A stretch of DNA of 33,000 nucleotides from the NCBI GenBank assembly GCA_051294905.1, contig CM119386.1, positions 11,904,001 through 11,937,000 on the forward strand, written 5' to 3'. The notes under the pieces are model-generated. The model saw only the letters and a program-made list of their open reading frames with translations, did not search any database and was not told the DNA's origin. Both the position numbers and the translations under genes were made by a program. The stretch is from Botryllus schlosseri. Its lineage: Eukaryota. Positions 12,193 to 22,613 of this stretch are shown in pieces. Every line of letters begins with the position of its first letter. The stretch's first letter is position 1.

Positions 12193-12367
12193 CGGTAGAT
12201 GTGCATTGAACGACGCCAAAATAGTATCTGGGGTCACCAAGCAGTGCATATTTCTGCCACTCTATCTCATATTCTGTGAAATGGATTTGTGTTATTGAGA
12301 GTGGCGCTGTACGTTGAAAAACCAAACAGGTAAGGTATATTGATCTGTATCCTACCCATACTGACAT
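12193..12367 (-). pseudogene. Codon-conserved segment of unknown protein, unit A (..SITQIHFTEYEIEWQKYALLGDPRYYFGVVQCTST)
   Basis: Versus 19633-19770: 10 synonymous, 6 missense and 1 nonsense difference in 35 codons (hand count); followed by G|GTAAGT, a possible phase-1 donor. Confidence 0.65.
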
Positions 12368-12439
12368 GGTGTTACTGAATAATCATAACCCGTCTATGCT
12401 TGGACTACTTTGAATTCGAGTTAATAGCTCAGAATACCC

Positions 12440-12665
12440 GAAGCTGGTATGATGTGAAGATTTATCAGCAGTGCACCTGGCGCGAGATGTTCAATTGCGC
12501 CTTAGATCGATGCATTTCAGGCATGTATGAGGCAGTAATCATGCACAACTATAAAACCGGAAATTCATTAGAAAATGACATCAGTTGTCGCCCAACTGTG
12601 TCTATTACTCTATATAACCCGACTTCTGACGCAAATTTACACGATTCTCAAATGTATCGAAAATA
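12440..12665. repeat. Segmental-duplication block, unit A (paralogue at ~22480-22700)
   Basis: Shared GTGAAGATTTAT..CGCGAGATGTTCAATTG..TTAGATCGATGCATTTC..AAAATGACATCAG.TGTCGCCCA..GATTCTCAA. Confidence 0.85.
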
Positions 12666-12685
12666 TGCTGTTCTATAATCTATCC

Positions 12686-12997
12686 CAGTGTTTTTTAATC
12701 TGTGGGTTGAAGAGCAGACGACAAACGTGGTGCGGATGAAAATCGCGCGTATTTGTTACTTTTTGTGACGCAGAATTATTTAAATAAACTTGATAGGACA
12801 TTTAAGTACAGTGGATCCCTAACTGTGGTCGTTGCGACGCATTTTTGAGAATTTGTTTGACTTACGACGCAGCACTAATCGTAGCTTTTGTAATAATTTT
12901 ATCTCGCATCAGCCGTATTGAATTAATGTTTGCGCACTATCATTATTACGTAATCAAAACTCTGATTCGAAAGCGGTTGTAGGGGCAGACAACACTG
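12686..12997. mobile_element. Degraded hAT-like MITE (tentative)
   Basis: CAGTGTTTTTTAATCTG start and AACACTG end; flanks match only 4/8. Confidence 0.35.
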
Positions 12998-13968
12998 AAT
13001 CAGCCCTTATTGGGCTACGACACACGGCGAAAATTACGAAAAATTGCCTTTCTGCTTTCTTTCTTTCAACACTCATCATAATTTCGTTATATCTTTTCAA
13101 TTGGCACGAGGCATGAAGATAGTAGTAAATGTCATCATTACAGACTCACATTTGCAACAAGATTCCGCAATAAAAGTTTTTCTCCAGGGGTTATCAGAGT
13201 AAGCGATAACTTAAATTATAATTATAATTACGATATATCGTAGGCCCCAGTACAACTATATGGAATTATTCTAAGAATTTTATTCGCGCCTCGCGCGATT
13301 TCTATTGGATAGTCGGCACATATAAGAGGTCACTGTTTTGGGTACTATAGCTAATATGCTAGACACGGAATTCTGGATTATAAAAATTTCCCGGTATTTG
13401 TATTACACAAATTGGTTGGAATTCAAAAGATTATTCGACGTAGGTTTCTCTGGAAAACACCGTCAGAGACCGTTGGGATGCTTTAACCCTTTGTAACCGG
13501 CCGGCCTACTGACCAAAATTTTACTGCATCCACATAGAAAACGATAAAATGTCATCCATATGGCTTAAATCGACGCCCAATATATTGCCGTAAACCTGAA
13601 GTAGCTGCCTAGCGGTCTGAGATACTCTCACGGCTCAGACGCCAGAGGGAATAGCGTTATGCGAGAAAATGTTCGCGATTTCTTTAAAATAAATTACAAT
13701 TTTGTTCTTCTATATCTCCTGACGTCATACCTAGGCCCTCTCTTAGTATATGACCACCTGATTGCCTTCCGCATGAATCTCTACGTTCCAACGAGACATT
13801 ACATGCTACCATAGCTAGGCCGTGTTATTTTTGGCATATGCCAAAACTGCCAAAAATAACTTATTTTTGGCATTTTTCGATTTTTATTTTTGGCAGTTTT
13901 GGCATCGTCCTCTAAATAGATAGTTTCAGCCTCGAATTAGTCACAAAAACGCTTTATTTGGGATAGTT

Positions 13969-14145
13969 TGTCAAAAGACACCACAAAATGTGCAGCATCC
14001 ACATATAGTCAGTGCCAACAAACAATAAGAAGAAGAAAAAACCTAACGATTTCATAGGTTAATTATGTCAAACGAAACCACAAAATGTGCAGTATCCATC
14101 GGAATCGGTGCCAATAAGCAAAAAAAAAAGAAAGAAAATCCTAAC
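13969..14145. repeat. ~97-bp imperfect tandem duplication inside F
   Basis: ACCACAAAATGTGCAG.ATCCA..GTGCCAA..CCTAAC at 13980 and 14077. Confidence 0.75.
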
Positions 14146-14179
14146 AAACACACTCAACAGCTGATTGTTACAGCTGTTG

Positions 14180-14605
14180 AATAGACTTAAATCGTTGCGC
14201 TGTAGCAGTGCTTCCAAACTCAGGTCAGCTAAGTTTCTCCTAAATTCATTTCTCGCCCAGCGAATCTGGGACATATCGGCTTCAACAGTAGCCACTGAGG
14301 GAAAGAATGTTGCCAGTCATCCACAAAAGGTTTTCAGAGCTTCAAAATCTTTGGAGGGCCGAACCGGCTTCCATGCATCATGAAAAGAGATCACTTCGCC
14401 AGTGCCATCGATGTCATCGCGGAAATGATTTTCTTCGTGATCCTTTTCCAGGAGTTTCCTGTGTTGTCTCTCAACACATTCTATTTAGTAGCCCGACTAT
14501 CATTTCTCCTTCAGTCTACCGATATATTTTCGGAGGACTTTTGTCACTTCAGGTGACTTTAATATCACCAACTCGCATGGAAGAGTCCTGGGAAGGTTTG
14601 CTTGT
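14180..14605 (-). pseudogene. hAT-like transposase C-terminal (dimerisation) remnant
   Basis: One frame with in-frame stops: LPRTLPCELV..RLKEK**..IECVERQH..SFHDAW..LKTFCG*LATFFPSVATVEADMSQIRWARNEFRRNLADLSLEALL; matches the hAT dimerisation pattern (P.T.A.VE..FS..R..L). Confidence 0.75.
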
Positions 14606-14609
14606 TTAA

Positions 14610-14693
14610 GAACATTGACGCAACAAGACTGTCTGGCAAAACTAGACCATGCAGCTCAGAAATAGCCAGACAGTTTGTTGCGTCACAATGTTC
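14610..14693. repeat. Small hairpin (28/29-bp arms, 27-bp loop) at the upstream edge of the transposase remnant
   Basis: GAACATTGACGCAACAAGACTGTCTGGC ... GCCAGACAGTTTGTTGCGTCACAATGTTC. Confidence 0.8.
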
Positions 14694-16263
14694 AACTCGA
14701 TCACAATGCAGAAATCGTGGTTGATTTTGGGGGTTCCAGTTCCATGAGCAGAATATAATTTATATTTTAATAATCAGTACTGCGGCAGCTTTTCATTGAT
14801 ACCCGTTTTATCAAATTTAGCGCTCGACAAGCCGGTCGAAAATGGTCGTAAAATTGCCTTTGGACAAATGGAAAGTATGACGTAAACCAAATGCAGTCAG
14901 CCGTTCAATCTCGCTGTGCCCACACGGCCACACCATTTATGACACCATGCTTTCACCCCTTATGGGTGGACTGGATCCAGAGTAAGAAACCTGCCTTTCA
15001 CAAACGCTCTTCTCGCTTGTAACGCGGTCCTGTTAACACAACACCATGAACGAAATAGACTATTTGGCAGGCCGTGTTATTTTTGGCATATGCCAAAAAT
15101 TGCTTATTTTTGGCATTTTCAAATTTTTATTTTTGGCAGTTTTGGCATCTGGTTCCTGAAATGCCAAAAATAACACGGCCTGACCATAGCGCTTCATAGC
15201 CCAGCGCTACGATCTTGGAAAGGTAGTGATGATGAGCACAATCACGTGGCCGCCGCCGATGAGTAATCGATTACGTAATCTCGTATTCTCGTTGAAGGCA
15301 ACGCGCGTCCAGTTGTGCAGAACATAGGAACTGCCTTGGCAATGTTGCCGTTAGTATAGGCCTACATCTCCATGCTATTGGAGTGTTATCAACCCCAGTT
15401 GCTTTTTATATGTAACTTGCAGCTGCAAGGAATCCGTAAGTATACACATATTGCCTTATTCGACACTGCCCAGTGCCCATATACGCTCGGGAAGTCATTT
15501 CACGTGATACATTGCTTTATTTCGCATCAATTTGAACTGTATTCTACACGGCTAATGCTCCATGTATGATCAACAGTAGTCATACAAGCCAACAGTAACT
15601 TCGTGTGCCATCTAAAACAGATATATAACTGCCTCTATATGATGTTGTTATCACAGGCTCGGGTACAAAAATAGCCTAACTCGCACGGTTATTTGTGCGG
15701 TTTTAGGGCTGGTGTCGGCTTTCTTATACAAAACTAAGCTCCATGATATGGATATTGATGGATATGCCAGGATAATGGCTAACTATATGTATAATTTGCT
15801 ATTGCCTGAAGCAATTGTACATCTGTTTGAAACCGCAACGAGTCAGGTCATCTTACGCAGACATGATTTTCACGTAATAAGGTATTGCTTTCTTTCACGT
15901 AAATTTGAAACATCTTCTACGTGCTAATCTTCGATATAAGGACTTTCATAGAATAGTATGACCAACAACAAGTCATAGAAGATAACTGTAATCGGTTATA
16001 TGAAGTCTAGAACGGAAGATACAATGGTTTATATTTCAGGCGGTCACTCACGCGAACATCATTACAAATTCAATTTTGCGGGAAACCTTTTTGCGTGTTC
16101 AATCTGCATTTCAAGCAGGATATACATTGCAACATTAGGTTATACATGGTCTGATGTATGCGTATTTATAAGAGCTATACATACCAACCCATTGCAATCG
16201 TTTATGACCAATACAGGTCTAGCTATCTTGGATTAAATATCGACTCCTCTGCGTTAAACAGTC

Positions 16264-16285
16264 GCGGTCTAGTATACTAGACCGC
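16264..16285. repeat. Perfect 22-bp palindrome
   Basis: GCGGTCTAGTATACTAGACCGC equals its reverse complement. Confidence 0.95.
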
Positions 16286-17089
16286 CGGTCGCAAAGGGTT
16301 GTAGGGCTGTGCAACGAGTGGATGCCGGAATATGATACAAGGGTATTTCGTGGTCAACCCTTTCGCGCCGGGACACATTAAGACGTGAAATTTTGGCGAA
16401 CATACGAATGGGTAAAGTGCGGTGCCAAAAAGATCTGCGACGATATTACTTTGGCCAAAATCTACCTTCGCTGGTTGGCCTTTGAAACCTTTGATATGGA
16501 TATCTGGGGTCGTCGAAATGGTGGACACTGCATTGTTCCTTCCTTGCAATCTGAGTAGACTCACAGAGTAAAATAATGTACCTGCATTTGCAATCGCGCG
16601 CGTCAGACATGCTTCATTGAGATGCGCTGAGAACAACTGTTGTCTGCGCGTTCTCTATGTCACACATGCCCGTAAAAACGTAGCATACTGATATTAAAAT
16701 GTACCCTTTTTATGTTCGAGGCTTGGGTCGCGAGATTCCGTTAAAAATCAGTTCTGGCTTCCAGTCTAAAAAGCTTAAGAACCACCGCTTTACACATGGT
16801 ATACTGCTATAAACTTTCAAGTTAACAATTACCGGTTGGTTTGTGCGAACGAAATTTATTTTGCAAGAAAAGCGCGGATGGTGCTCTAAAAGATTGAAAA
16901 TCACTGATCTATAGCCCTAGCGGATGTTTTACGAATGCTCCGTACAGACAAAAGACAGCTTTATCACATTGTAGTGACTATACAAAGCTGGAAGTCATCA
17001 ACGACGAAGATCCCGTTTCTTCAACAAATTGGTTCCCAACCGGGGATATCCATACCGCCATACCGCTACCGGGGATATTCTCTGTTTTG

Positions 17090-17820
17090 GTACGCTCACT
17101 CTGGCAGCTGTGGTGCTTTCCTATCGGTATATTGATATGGTGCGGTGTTCGAAACTCACTAACGAAAGGCACTTTATTAAACACGATAACTGATGCTTCC
17201 GTGTAGCGAGCATTAAATATATGTGAGATCATAATCCGTGCACATCTTCACAGCGACCGTTAAGCCATGCTGCAGGAGATTGTTGAGGATGAATACTAAC
17301 ACTTCCGTGGACACTGTCTTTTCTCTTGTGTATGCCCAAACCACCCATCCTGCAATGAAAGGGCATAGTAACGTATTCACATTATTATATATTTACATAC
17401 ACATATTTACATACACATTAACAGAGGTGGTCAGTATGGCGAATCGCTTCTACTTTTTCGAAGTACTCAAGTGAGTTTGCCTACTTGGTTATGTTTTTAA
17501 ACTATGTCCCAGTCTACTGCACATTGTTTTAGGCACTAGGCCTACTTACCTTTATTAACTTCTCATTTTGTGGGGTGGAAAGTATAGTTTAGGGATATTT
17601 TCTCATAGCAGATTTGAGTGTAACGGCCAGGCAAAACAGCCCTTTATCACGATAACTGAATTAAGTTTCGAAAATCGCACCCATTTGTACTGCCATTAGT
17701 CATTTGCATTAGTCTTGAAGAAGCACACTGTCATTTCGAAAATAACCGCCTCCGATGACCAGCTATATAAGTGAAATACATCAATAAAATCTAATGTTTG
17801 AAACTATACTTATACTTGAG
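17090..17820. repeat. Segmental-duplication block 1, unit B
   Basis: Colinear with 9305-10007. Confidence 0.85.
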
Positions 17821-17829
17821 CCCTTGTCA

Positions 17830-18017
17830 AGGGCGAAACTATGGTAAACTCGAAAAATGAATTGGCCTTGAATCGCGAAAATTTAAAGATAACTCGAAAA
17901 TTTGGGAGTCAAATTAAATTTGCATGTCGACGGCCGCCATGACATACTAAGTGAATTACGTGTCGACGGCCGCACAAATTTCCTTCTACGGCCGCAGGCT
18001 GGCCATGGCCACCCCTG
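17830..18017 (-). mobile_element. hAT family G terminus (truncated)
   Basis: Ends GGCCACCCCTG; GTCGACGGCCGC and ACGGCCGCACAAATTTCC motifs shared with 26402 and 28241. Confidence 0.75.
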
Positions 18018-18310
18018 CGCTATGTCTTCGAATGTAAATGACCATCAATTATGACATAAGACTTGAAGATTCGTGACGTCACGGCTAAAAAAACAAAAAC
18101 AAAATAAAAACATGTTTTAAACAAGGGACGTGTTTTAAACATGTTTGGTTAAAATTGCTCTTTGTTTTAAATGCAACCCTAATTGCCATAAACTGTGGTG
18201 ATAATCCACTAATCTCTAATGTTGTTACGGTTTATTCATAGTTTCCGAATGTCCCGAAGAATCCATGATTTAGTTATTCGCATAGTACATTCCGTAAAGT
18301 GCATGCCGGG

Positions 18311-19602
18311 CAGGGCTTTGGAGCAGCCAGAAATTTGAAGTGCTCCAGCTCCGGCTCCGGAGCTCTCTTCTATCATACATTAGCTCCGGCTCCAGCTCCG
18401 GAGCCGCATTATTACCACTGCTCCGGCTCCAGCTCCGGCTCCGGCTCTGAAATTATCGAATGGGCCTATCTTTATCAGGGGTTGTCAACCCGCGGGCCAA
18501 ATGTGGCCCGCGAGCGGTTTTGCGTGGCCCGCGAGGTAATTTCCTATTATATTATCGAAAATGAATTGCTCAGATTGTGAACTTGCAATGCCAACCAAAA
18601 ATTATGATTCTGACTGCGACACTTGGGATGTTGATGACTAAAATATCAGTTCCGACGCATTGGCAGATCCAGGGTCCAATCACATTTTCAGTAAATCGTC
18701 GTACATTACAATAAACTAAAATAGTAGCGAAATTTCTCTTCATGCTTCGCGTGTTTAATTGTCACACGATTTCTTGCTTGGTAGCCTACCCCCTACTGAC
18801 AATGAAAAAAACGCCCAATTTACCCGATTGAGTCTAACTGTATTCGTAATTACGCAAGAAAGTCTTTTCGCGTTTGCGCTCGCATAAAGATCGTCGACGG
18901 TGAAATGTAGGCACAACATTATTGTCGCATATTATCGGAGACCTTTGATATCGACGTGACCAGACGCCGAACAGTCGTGTCCTTGCAAACTGACCCTAGC
19001 GGGGGGTATACCATAGACCCGCAATACTCAAGTAATAATATTATTGACCTAGTTTATTTATAAACTTAGAAAATTTTACCCGCTTGGCGCGGCTAGTGGG
19101 CCGCACACTCGCTCGTTAATTGCATGGGCCCCTTTAACCGAAAATGTTGGCGATTCCTGGTCTATATAGATTACTAATCTACCCATAGGTTAGTTATCTA
19201 ATGTAATCTAGAGTCTGTCAGCCGTCAGTAACATCCGATGTAGCAACGAAGACATATAGGTGCCGCCGTGCCGGCTTGTGACGTCATACTGAATACTTGT
19301 CAATTGTCGACAACATCAGTTGCACTAGAACGCACTTTATGCCATTGCTGTGCACAGCATTAAAATTCAGGCCTGCTGTTCAATTATGATATATCAGCAG
19401 ATGTGGTTGTTTGCATATATATATATAATGGCATCTTATGAAATAGGTCGGAGCCGGAGCTACTCCTCAAATAACGGGCTCCAGCTCCGGCTCCGGCTCC
19501 GGCTGAATTTTATGTACAGCTCCGGCTCCGGCTCCAGCTCCGGTGAAAATGCACGGCTCCGGGGCTCCGGCTCCGGGCTCCGGCTCCGGCTCCAAAGCCC
19601 TG
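18311..19602. mobile_element. Non-autonomous hAT element H with (GGCTCC)n subterminal arrays
   Basis: TIR CAGGGCTTTGGAGC; perfect TSD ATGCCGGG; empty paralogous site at ~12160-12175. Confidence 0.95.
18476..19159. mobile_element. Charlie-like MITE nested in H
   Basis: Ends CAGGGGTTGTCAAC / GTTGGCGATTCCTG; TSD ATCTTTAT/GTCTATAT (6/8); CCCGCGGGCC motif. Confidence 0.65.
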
Positions 19603-19632
19603 ATGCCGGGGACACATTACAAACGAAATTAC

Positions 19633-19770
19633 CCGTAGATGTACATTGGACGAGTCCAAAATAGTATCCAGGGTCTCCAAGCAGTGAGTATTTCTCTCAC
19701 TCTATCTCATACTCTGTGAAGTGGAATTTGGTTATTGAGTTGGGATGTTCTTTGCTAACACCAACTCAAC
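19633..19770 (-). pseudogene. Codon-conserved segment of unknown protein, unit B (SITKFHFTEYEIE*EKYSLLGDPGYYFGLVQCTST)
   Basis: Paralogue of 12193-12330; Trp codon mutated to TGA. Confidence 0.65.
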
Positions 19771-20067
19771 ATACCTTCCGATTTTGCTTTCGAAACTGTC
19801 CTTCCGAATTGATCCACAGACATGGCTACTATTTGGTTCCCTATATTTTATATCCAAGAGAGAAATTAATAATGAGCAATATAGTTATTCCACTCATACT
19901 CAAAAGCTCATGTCTGAGCCCAGCGCACACCGAGAGTTGTGCGAACCTAGCCTGTCGAAACTTTTCGAAACGAAGCAGGTACGCTTGACTAGAATTTCGT
20001 TCCAAGTGGACTATATGCATCACAAATTTTCAACAGATTGAGATACAACTAGTAGAACACGATTAAG

Positions 20068-20585
20068 CAGTGGTTCTCAAACTTTTTAGACACGCCCTTC
20101 TTTATGATAGTAAAACAATTCACGCCCCCTTATCGTCATACCACAAAATATAACAAGAATGCTGGGAACTCCAACGGATATCTATCCGACGGTTTACTCC
20201 ATGCCATTACTTATGCACACTGGCAGGATGAATGCTTGCCAAATGTGAAAACAGTCATTGATTGCCCTGCTGTGAAGCAATGAGCACGCCATCGACGAGT
20301 GTCCTGTTTGTCTATATCAATGGTTCTCATTGATGATAGTGTAAAACTGAGCGCCCCCCTTATCGTCATATCACCAAATGCAACCAGAATGATAGCAATC
20401 CCATCGGATAGTTTGATGGCATAGCAGGTTAGGACTGTAGATGGGTGTATTCTCAAATATGAAATTCACAGAGCAATAACTATGAGTTGGAGGTAAATCG
20501 CGCCGAGCGCGGAAAATTATTTCAGTTTCCCGCAGCTTCGCGCCCCCTTTAGAAACTTTCACGCCCCCGAGTTTGAGAACCACTG
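20068..20585. mobile_element. hAT-type MITE
   Basis: TIR CAGTGGTTCTCAAACT; degenerate TSD CGATTAAG/CAATAGAG (5/8); internal repeat CGCCCCCTTATCGTCATA. Confidence 0.8.
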
Positions 20586-20999
20586 CAATAGAGAGGGGTG
20601 TCTAACATTATCGCCTGGGGTTTGTGGAAAGAGATGAAGAACGATCGAGCCGGTAATCGCGGAAGGAAATAATCAAATTCGACCGAAGTATCTGTCATTT
20701 ATTCTGAGCAAGAGTAACATAGCTCAGGTGTCGCAGACCAATCATGGTCAGAATTTCAGGTTTCTTAATTTCCACGAATCCTTGTCGAAAATGTCCATCA
20801 TCAGTATTCGAGTCGCTTACGTGGAAAGATATCTTCCGTCCACTAAATAAACGGGTACGACCTCATTTCGAGAAACAGGGCACTCCTTGTACCATTGTAT
20901 GCATTAAACAACAAATGATCGATGGACTATCAAAATGAGAACACACGTCGTCTGGTTTTGATTTCGAAAAGGGGGTCTGATCTGGTAATCTCATTACAA

Positions 21000-21842
21000 C
21001 AGGGGTTCTCAACCTGGGGGGCGCGAAAAATTGACGAAGTCAGTATAGGGGGGGGGGGGGGCGCGAGAAATTAACAAAGTCAGTATAAATTGTACGTGTC
21101 TGAACATGTGTTTCACATCCATTATGAGAAGACGATTAATGAAGATGAAATTTATTCCATATTCAAGAAAGCTTGCAAAATACAAACTCTAGCAACAGCG
21201 CTCAGCTGAGTATAGTCTGATTTCAACTTCATTTAAGCAAATTTTTGAAATTCTTTGGAGATATAGAGAGCAATTCCCACGTGTAAGTCATTCATGGCTT
21301 CATAGCTTTGACAGTAGCCTAAAGCTTGTCGCGCTGGGCAGCTCTTGTTAGTAGCTTACGAACTGCACTGCCCAAGACAGACTTAGATGCAACATAGGTT
21401 ACCCGGTTTCGCCCTCAATTAGGCTATAAATCAACACAATTAATTCATTTCGAAAACTGATCAAATTTAGCCTGGCAAATTTAGCCTGAAAAATTTTCGC
21501 GCTCCGCGCGACAATATGCACCTCCCGGCAACTATTCATAACATAGCCACTCGCGATTTCGGTGCGTACAATAGGCCATTGTGAAAAGTAGAATAGTCCG
21601 GAGTTCACCGGGAATGGATATGGACAGTTTACCGTAGGAATTTTGCGTCCAGATCGTTCATGCGGCCTTAAGCTACATAAGCAATCGAAATGCGGTCATG
21701 ATTATCAAAAACGTTGCCCACCTCTGTATTAGATGATGTGCTCTTTTTTACATGACGATAAATGCAAGGGGGGTCAGGGGGGGCGCGAGTTTTTTGACCA
21801 TCTCCAAGGGGGGCGCGTGTCAAAAAAGGTTGAGAACCACTG
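21000..21842 (+). mobile_element. Non-autonomous hAT element, family I copy 1
   Basis: TIR CAG(G/T)GGTTCTCAACCT; TSD CATTACAA/CACTACAA (7/8); homologue at 25726-27048. Confidence 0.92.
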
Positions 21843-22496
21843 CACTACAAGGAAGACGACTCACTCGTCGAAATAAAATTCAGTGTGATGTCCTGTACAG
21901 TGACACAAGTGTGATCCAGAGATATAGCATCCATGGTTGTTACCGTTTCATACCAAGTGTCATTGAACTGTAAAATATTGTACTGCGGTGATACTCGAGT
22001 ATATCATCCGAAGGACTATTTGCATAATTCAACCCTCTCATACCTCATTCCAGTTGACGGGTGGATGGATACATCTTTGGTAACGGGCCTGAAATGTCAC
22101 ATTGGGAGGGCGAGGATGATGCCAACGCAATGGTGACACTTATGGTGAATATTTGAATCATCCTATGAAAAGAATCCGGCCTGAAATCAACGACTGTATA
22201 AAGAATTTAACCTGTCAGTAGCTGAATTGACAATATCCATCTTAAACGTCGCCTGGTTATCGTACAGAATGGTAATGAATATTGGCTTAGAAAGCGGTTT
22301 AGTATATAACGCAATAGAACAAGAGCTAAAGATATAGAGATTCTGAACCCAATTCGAAGATACAGATTCCTCACACATCTGTCTCTGGGTTGAGAAGACC
22401 CAGAGAACACTTGTAACGAATCCCCAAATCGGCCAATACCGCAACAACGTTCAATCGGTCAGAACACCTGAAGATGGTATACGGTGTGAAGATTTA

Positions 22497-22613
22497 TTAA
22501 CAGTGCGCATGACGCGAGATGTTCAATTGGGCGTTAGATCGATGCATTTCGGGCATGTTTGGTGCAGTAACCATGCACACCAGCAAGAGCGGAAATATAT
22601 TTAAAAATGACAT
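22497..22613 (-). other. Short ORF with signal-peptide-like N-terminus (MSFLNIFPLLLVCMVTA..., 38 aa); disrupted paralogue at 12465-12581
   Basis: Hydrophobic N-terminus; several synonymous differences versus the paralogue; the plus-strand frame is also partly conserved, so the strand is ambiguous. Confidence 0.3.

Larger units (their letters stand above)
13816..15182 (-). mobile_element. Internally deleted hAT transposon, family F
   Basis: TIR (T/C)AGGCCGTGTTATTTTTGGCA; perfect TSD ACCATAGC (13808-13815, 15183-15190); carries a transposase remnant. Confidence 0.9.
13487..16298. mobile_element. piggyBac-like termini (pairing tentative)
   Basis: TTAA|CCCTTTGTAACCGGCCGGCCTA versus reverse complement of right end CCCTTTGCGACCGGCGGTCTA; right flank is TTGT, not TTAA. 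Confidence 0.4.

Noticed and set aside
12324-12335. Plus-strand splice donor AAACAG|GTAAGG
   Set aside because: Codon conservation here is on the minus strand and the site is absent from the paralogue
16277-16636. 119-aa minus-strand ORF as a real gene
   Set aside because: No recognisable motif, no clear paralogous support, non-ATG start
18299-19664. Ser/Gly- and Arg/Leu-rich ORFs (18299-18580, 19350-19664)
   Set aside because: Translations of the (GGCTCC)n arrays of element H
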